From Azolla caroliniana (lineage: Eukaryota; Plantae; Polypodiophyta), in contig JBHGNT010000444.1 of NCBI GenBank assembly GCA_043228905.1, forward strand, positions 1 to 25,160: a DNA stretch of 25,160 bases. Reading direction: 5' to 3'. The translations under genes were made by a program, and so were the position numbers. The notes under the pieces are model-generated. The model made no database searches. It worked only from the letters and a program-made list of their open reading frames with translations, and had not been told where the DNA came from. Shown here one piece after another: positions 21,274 through 25,160 of this stretch. Each line of letters starts with the position of its first letter. The stretch's first letter is position 1.

Positions 21274-21780
21274 TGTCACGGACACACCAAGCGCGAACTG
21301 GGACGGAGCACAGATGATGGGGCTATGAGCGACAGGCTAGGAACTTGGAGCTAGAAGTGACGAGGTTAGGAACTCTAGAAGTTATAAGCGACATGAGAGC
21401 ATGAAGACAAAGATGAAGAAGGAGACAATATGGAATGAAACGTGAATACTAGATTGATGTGTTAATGACTGGTGTTGAATCCCTTGAAAGGGACCAAGGA
21501 GGTTACAAGTATTTATACAAGTTTCGAGATTGAATATCTCAAGAATATACTTGTTTAGAATATATCGTTCAATATTTCTAGAATATACTAACAACTAGAA
21601 TATTCTTATTTTGAAATGTACTATATGCTAGACTATATGATACTAAACTATTATATACAAATACATGCTCATATCAAAATGGTTGACCATGACAACTTGT
21701 TGATGTGAGGTTGCAAGTTCAATCCTCACCAACTTGTATTTGAATGGCTTGACCCCTCTCCCAAGTGGGTTCAACGTAAG
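21274..21780 (-). repeat. LTR-like segment (right end uncertain)
   Basis: TGTCACGG start, TATAAATA on - near 21510, and TCTAGAATATAC shared with the chromovirus LTR. Candidate end CCATGACA at 21694; no TSD found. Confidence 0.45.
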
Positions 21781-21849
21781 AGAGAGAGAGAGAGAACTTC
21801 TTCCTTTATTCATTCATTCCCCATAAGGGGTTAAATAATACAATGAGAT

Positions 21850-22583
21850 TAGATGCATAGGGACAAGTTGACACTACCAATATTGTGGAGAGACATTGAC
21901 AATTTATCAAGTATACTGCCTTGAGAGGAATAATAAATTGATCAGTTATCGATCTAGTACATGGCTTAATCGGGGACAGTGAAACAGACACTTACATTGG
22001 AGGGACTGTCATAGAATGGTACAAGCAACGATAATAAATATGTGAGAATTGTAAATTTGTGCTCCGTGCAAATTGTAGGGATCAAATGTCAAGACTTAAA
22101 AAGGCCAAGAGGATACTTGAAAGGAATGTGTCAGATACCAACACAGTGCATATTGTGGATGAGGCCTGATAATGGTAAAAATATTGAGCTTGATGCCTCC
22201 CACTCAATGGTATAGTTTATCGCTCCAATGCTCATAATTGTGATTGCCAAGACAGTAAATGTAAGCATTTACTTGAATCAGGATGATGTTAGGAAACAGG
22301 TCCCTATCAGCCTCGGCCGAAACCGGATGTGGAGTACCCGGCAACGGAAGACCCAGTGAGAACCGGATGACGAGTGCCTGGCAAGCGCCGGATGATGCAG
22401 GCCCGGTGAGGAGCGCTCACCAGATGAAGGAACATATTCGTAAATATGTTTCTGAGAGCCCATCGGGGCTATATTTGTAAATAGCCGAAAAGTCATATTA
22501 GTATAAATATGACTTAGGGCAAACTTAGTGTAGAGTAGTTGTTGTCATTCTAGTTGGTTGCGATAATTCTGTGCGTAATCGTG

Positions 22584-22627
<44 letters not shown>

Positions 22628-23471
22628 GAGGTCGTTGCCTCAGTTGTAAGATAGCAAGCTCGAGGTCGTTGCCTCAATGCTTTACTATTGTACATTGTGA
22701 TATAGTGATAGTTTGCAGTCTGTGGGCTGTCGTGGTTTTTCCCTAGTTTGGGTTTTCCACGTTAACATCCTGTGTACTCTTCTCTTCATTGTGTCGTGCG
22801 TACCTTACCCGTTTTCTGTGCTTGATCCTAGACTCGGTTGTGATCGAGCGTTGTGCTTAGGGAGCGTGTATTCCTGTCAGATGATTATTAAGAGGCACAT
22901 GCCACATCTATGTGGGTCGTTGCCTTTTATAGATCACGCGAACCAAAGGCGAATGAACTATATCAAAAAAATAGAAGTGGATACAAAGGTAGAACCAGTC
23001 TAAGAGACAAACCCTACCGCATCAAAGATGGAATCATGGAAGTCTAAAATACAAACGACCAAGAAAGTTATTCAATGTCTCAAGCAAGGGTTAGGATCCT
23101 TCGACCGAGCAACTATTTTGGAATGTGTATAGACATTGGAAAATCTGACTAAGAAGGTGTATTGCGCTAGTGCACCGAAATCAACCAATGAAGTGGATGG
23201 TGGATCCATAAGTCAAAAGCAAGCAATTGGTGCGAAGAGAGGAGCAATGGTCGACATCTCATAAGATCGTATTGGCAACTCCTTAAACACTTCCAAAACC
23301 CACACCGGAAAATTGTAGAGAGGTGCAAGTCGGGCTAGGAGGCCGTTACCAATATGTGAGATAGATAAGGTTTGATGCTTGTATTGCGATGGCTTGACCA
23401 TGAGATCAAGGGACTCGAATGCTAATTGCTGCAAGAATTGTGGTCATATCTTGCCATCATCCTCAACATGA
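21850..23471 (+). pseudogene. Mutator-like (MULE) transposase C-terminal relic with SWIM zinc finger, split by a solo LTR
   Basis: Manual translation VDTTNIVERH*QFIKYTALRGIIN*SVIDLVHGLI from 21867; NCDCQDSKCKHLL (22236-22274); resumes MIIKRHMPHL at 22881; ends CLYC...CKNCGHILPSSST*. Confidence 0.72.
22287..22879 (+). mobile_element. Solo LTR of the Copia W family (593 bp), TSD GATGA
   Basis: Reverse complement of the W LTRs, TGTTAGG...CCTGTCA. GATGA at 22282-22286 and 22880-22884. Contains expanded (AG)19 at 22587-22624. Confidence 0.96.
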
Positions 23472-23566
23472 GTCATAATCTTGGCTTTAGTTTTCATCAT
23501 GTTTGTTTAGGAACTTTGATTTTGTGCAATTTGTGATGTATGGAACATTTTGTGTTGAGGAAATTG

Positions 23567-23730
23567 TAAGTTGATTTGTTATTTGAGGCATTAAGCTTTA
23601 AGTTTGTGTAATTTTTGAAGTTTGAAGTTTTAAGGTGATTTGTTATTTGAAGCTTTGAGTTTTAAGTTTGTGTATTTTTTGAAGGATTAAGTTTTAAGTT
23701 GATTTGTTATTTTAAGTTATAAGTTTTAAA
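23567..23730. repeat. Degenerate AT-rich tandem repeat, 64-bp period
   Basis: GATTTGTTATTT at 23573, 23637 and 23701. Confidence 0.75.
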
Positions 23731-23869
23731 TCGGGTATGATTCATCGATTTGGAAGTTTCAATGTTTTGGTTTGTGGCAATTTGACTCGTTATTTTAAGT
23801 TTTAAGTTCAGTGTGGTTGGAAGATTTCGGTGGAAATGATGTCAATTTTTTTTTAAGACTTACAATTTT

Positions 23870-23960
23870 GGGCGACTCATTTGAGTCTGGCTATTGACCT
23901 ATGAGAGTCGGGCGACGCACGAGTAGTCGGACAACTAAGGGTATCAGAGTTGGGCGACTA
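23870..23960. repeat. Reiterated GGGCGAC motifs, candidate terminus of the DNA transposon
   Basis: GGGCGAC at 23870, 23910 and 23952, plus a degenerate copy, downstream of the transposase relic. Confidence 0.4.
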
Positions 23961-24284
23961 TGAACAACTTTTATTTATTTGGCGCATTTTTTTTGTGTGG
24001 TTATCCAAATCGGACAGCTGAGCGACCTGCCTTTGTCTGTGGCCGTGATTCCCTCGCCATCCCTCTTTATGATTTAGGTGCAAATAGACACACGAGCGGT
24101 GCAAATCGAGACGAAATACATACAAACATACATACATACATTCAGTATTACATACATGCATGTGCCATGCATACATACATACATAGATTGAGCCATGCGT
24201 GATATTCTTGAGATTCGACATCCGTAATATTCGTGGTATTCGAGAATAGAAAATGGCCCTAAGAATATTATAAAACCATTCGTT

Positions 24285-24440
24285 TACATATACATATACA
24301 CACATACATACATACACATACATATATACACACATACACAAACATATATATACATATACACACACACACATAGATACATATATACACATACATAGATACA
24401 TATACACACACATACATATATGTGTACACAGACATACATC
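24285..24440. repeat. Compound CATA/CA/TA microsatellite
   Basis: Directly visible. Confidence 0.9.
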
Positions 24441-24635
24441 AATAATTAATTAACTCATTAATATAATGATTAATTTACTATTAACTAATTAATTCACTTA
24501 AACATTAATTGATTCACTAATACATTAATTAATTTACAAATACATATCTTAATTCATTAACACATTAATTAATTCATTGGAAAATATTAGTTAATTAATT
24601 AATAATCAATTAATGCATTAATAATTAATTAATTA
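24441..24635. repeat. ATTA/TTAA-rich low-complexity repeat
   Basis: Reiterated ATTAATTAATT. Confidence 0.85.
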
Positions 24636-25051
24636 GGGCTTTGGCAAAACTTAGGGTTTCAGTGAAACTCTGAATTTGTAGCGGACAACAGGATGTAGGA
24701 TTAGGTAGAGCATGAGAGGGAGTCGATGACGCAGGCCGAAAAGAAGAAATTTTGTCGAAATTAGGATTATGACAGAAATTAGGGTTTTCTGTCGAAACCC
24801 TAATTTCTGGCCGAGAACAGGATATAGAGGGAAGCGAGGGTGTAAGTAGCACGCAGAGGGAGTAGGGTGAGGCGTCTTTGCTTCCTATTGGCCACTGTTC
24901 ACTCGCTCGTAAATAAAACACAATTTTATTTATTTTTTTATTTTTTTATTTTCAAAAAAAAGAAGAAAACGAATATATTTACGTGTATTCGTATTCCTAT
25001 TCGTATGGATTCGTGGGGCAGGCCCCACGAATGCGAATATTTCAATCTATG

Positions 25052-25142
25052 CATACATACATACATACATACATACATACATACATACATACATACATAC
25101 ATACATACATACATACATACATACATACATACATACATACAT
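25052..25142. repeat. Perfect (CATA)22 microsatellite
   Basis: Directly visible. Confidence 0.97.
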
Positions 25143-25160
25143 TCAGTATTACATACATGC

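Larger units (their letters stand above)
24182..25051. mobile_element. Putative non-autonomous element with 10-bp terminal inverted repeats and internal hairpins, embedded in (CATA)n
   Basis: CATAGATTGA (24182-24191) / TCAATCTATG (25042-25051); perfect hairpins at 24773-24809 and 25009-25032. Confidence 0.55.

Noticed and set aside
21274-21780. Missing 5' LTR of the chromovirus
   Set aside because: Similar architecture but no extended identity with 15612-16254, and no PBS, gag or matching TSD.
23939-23950. GGGTATCAGAGT, similar to a tRNA-Met PBS
   Set aside because: Mismatched at both ends, with no adjacent LTR end or gag.
23958-25138. ORFs of MYVC/VCMY repeats (23958-24413, 24938-25138)
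   Set aside because: Translations of CATA/CA microsatellites.

Overview
Plant-type, gene-free nest of decayed transposons; no host gene is supported. A Tcn1-like chromovirus plus a bryophyte-type Gypsy fragment suggest a non-seed land plant such as a fern or lycophyte (inference). From left to right: (1) a non-chromovirus Ty3/Gypsy on - (1-4316) inserted into (2) a Copia on + (4317-7007), which also carries an LTR-like insert (4677-5582). That Copia sits in (3) a Tnt1-like Copia on - (7008-14272), whose integrase is split by (4) a related, TSD-flanked, RT-deleted Copia (7477-11906). Next come (5) a Copia RT relic (14273-14871) and (6) a 5'-truncated chromovirus (15612-19760) with a solo LTR in its integrase. 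The right end holds a pyrimidine-rich repeat, another LTR-like segment, (7) a decayed Mutator/SWIM transposase missed by the ORF track and split by a solo LTR of family 4, and (8) an ~870-bp TIR/hairpin element in (CATA)n bracketed by direct repeats containing CAGTATTAC. The best leads are tRNA-like (Pol III A/B box) modules in three unrelated LTRs, the CAGTATTAC-bracketed element, a U5 hairpin shared by Copia and Gypsy LTRs, a double-PPT Copia with a read-through pol tail, and a captured foreign Gypsy fragment. All alignments and translations were done by eye, and some boundaries may be off by a few bases.
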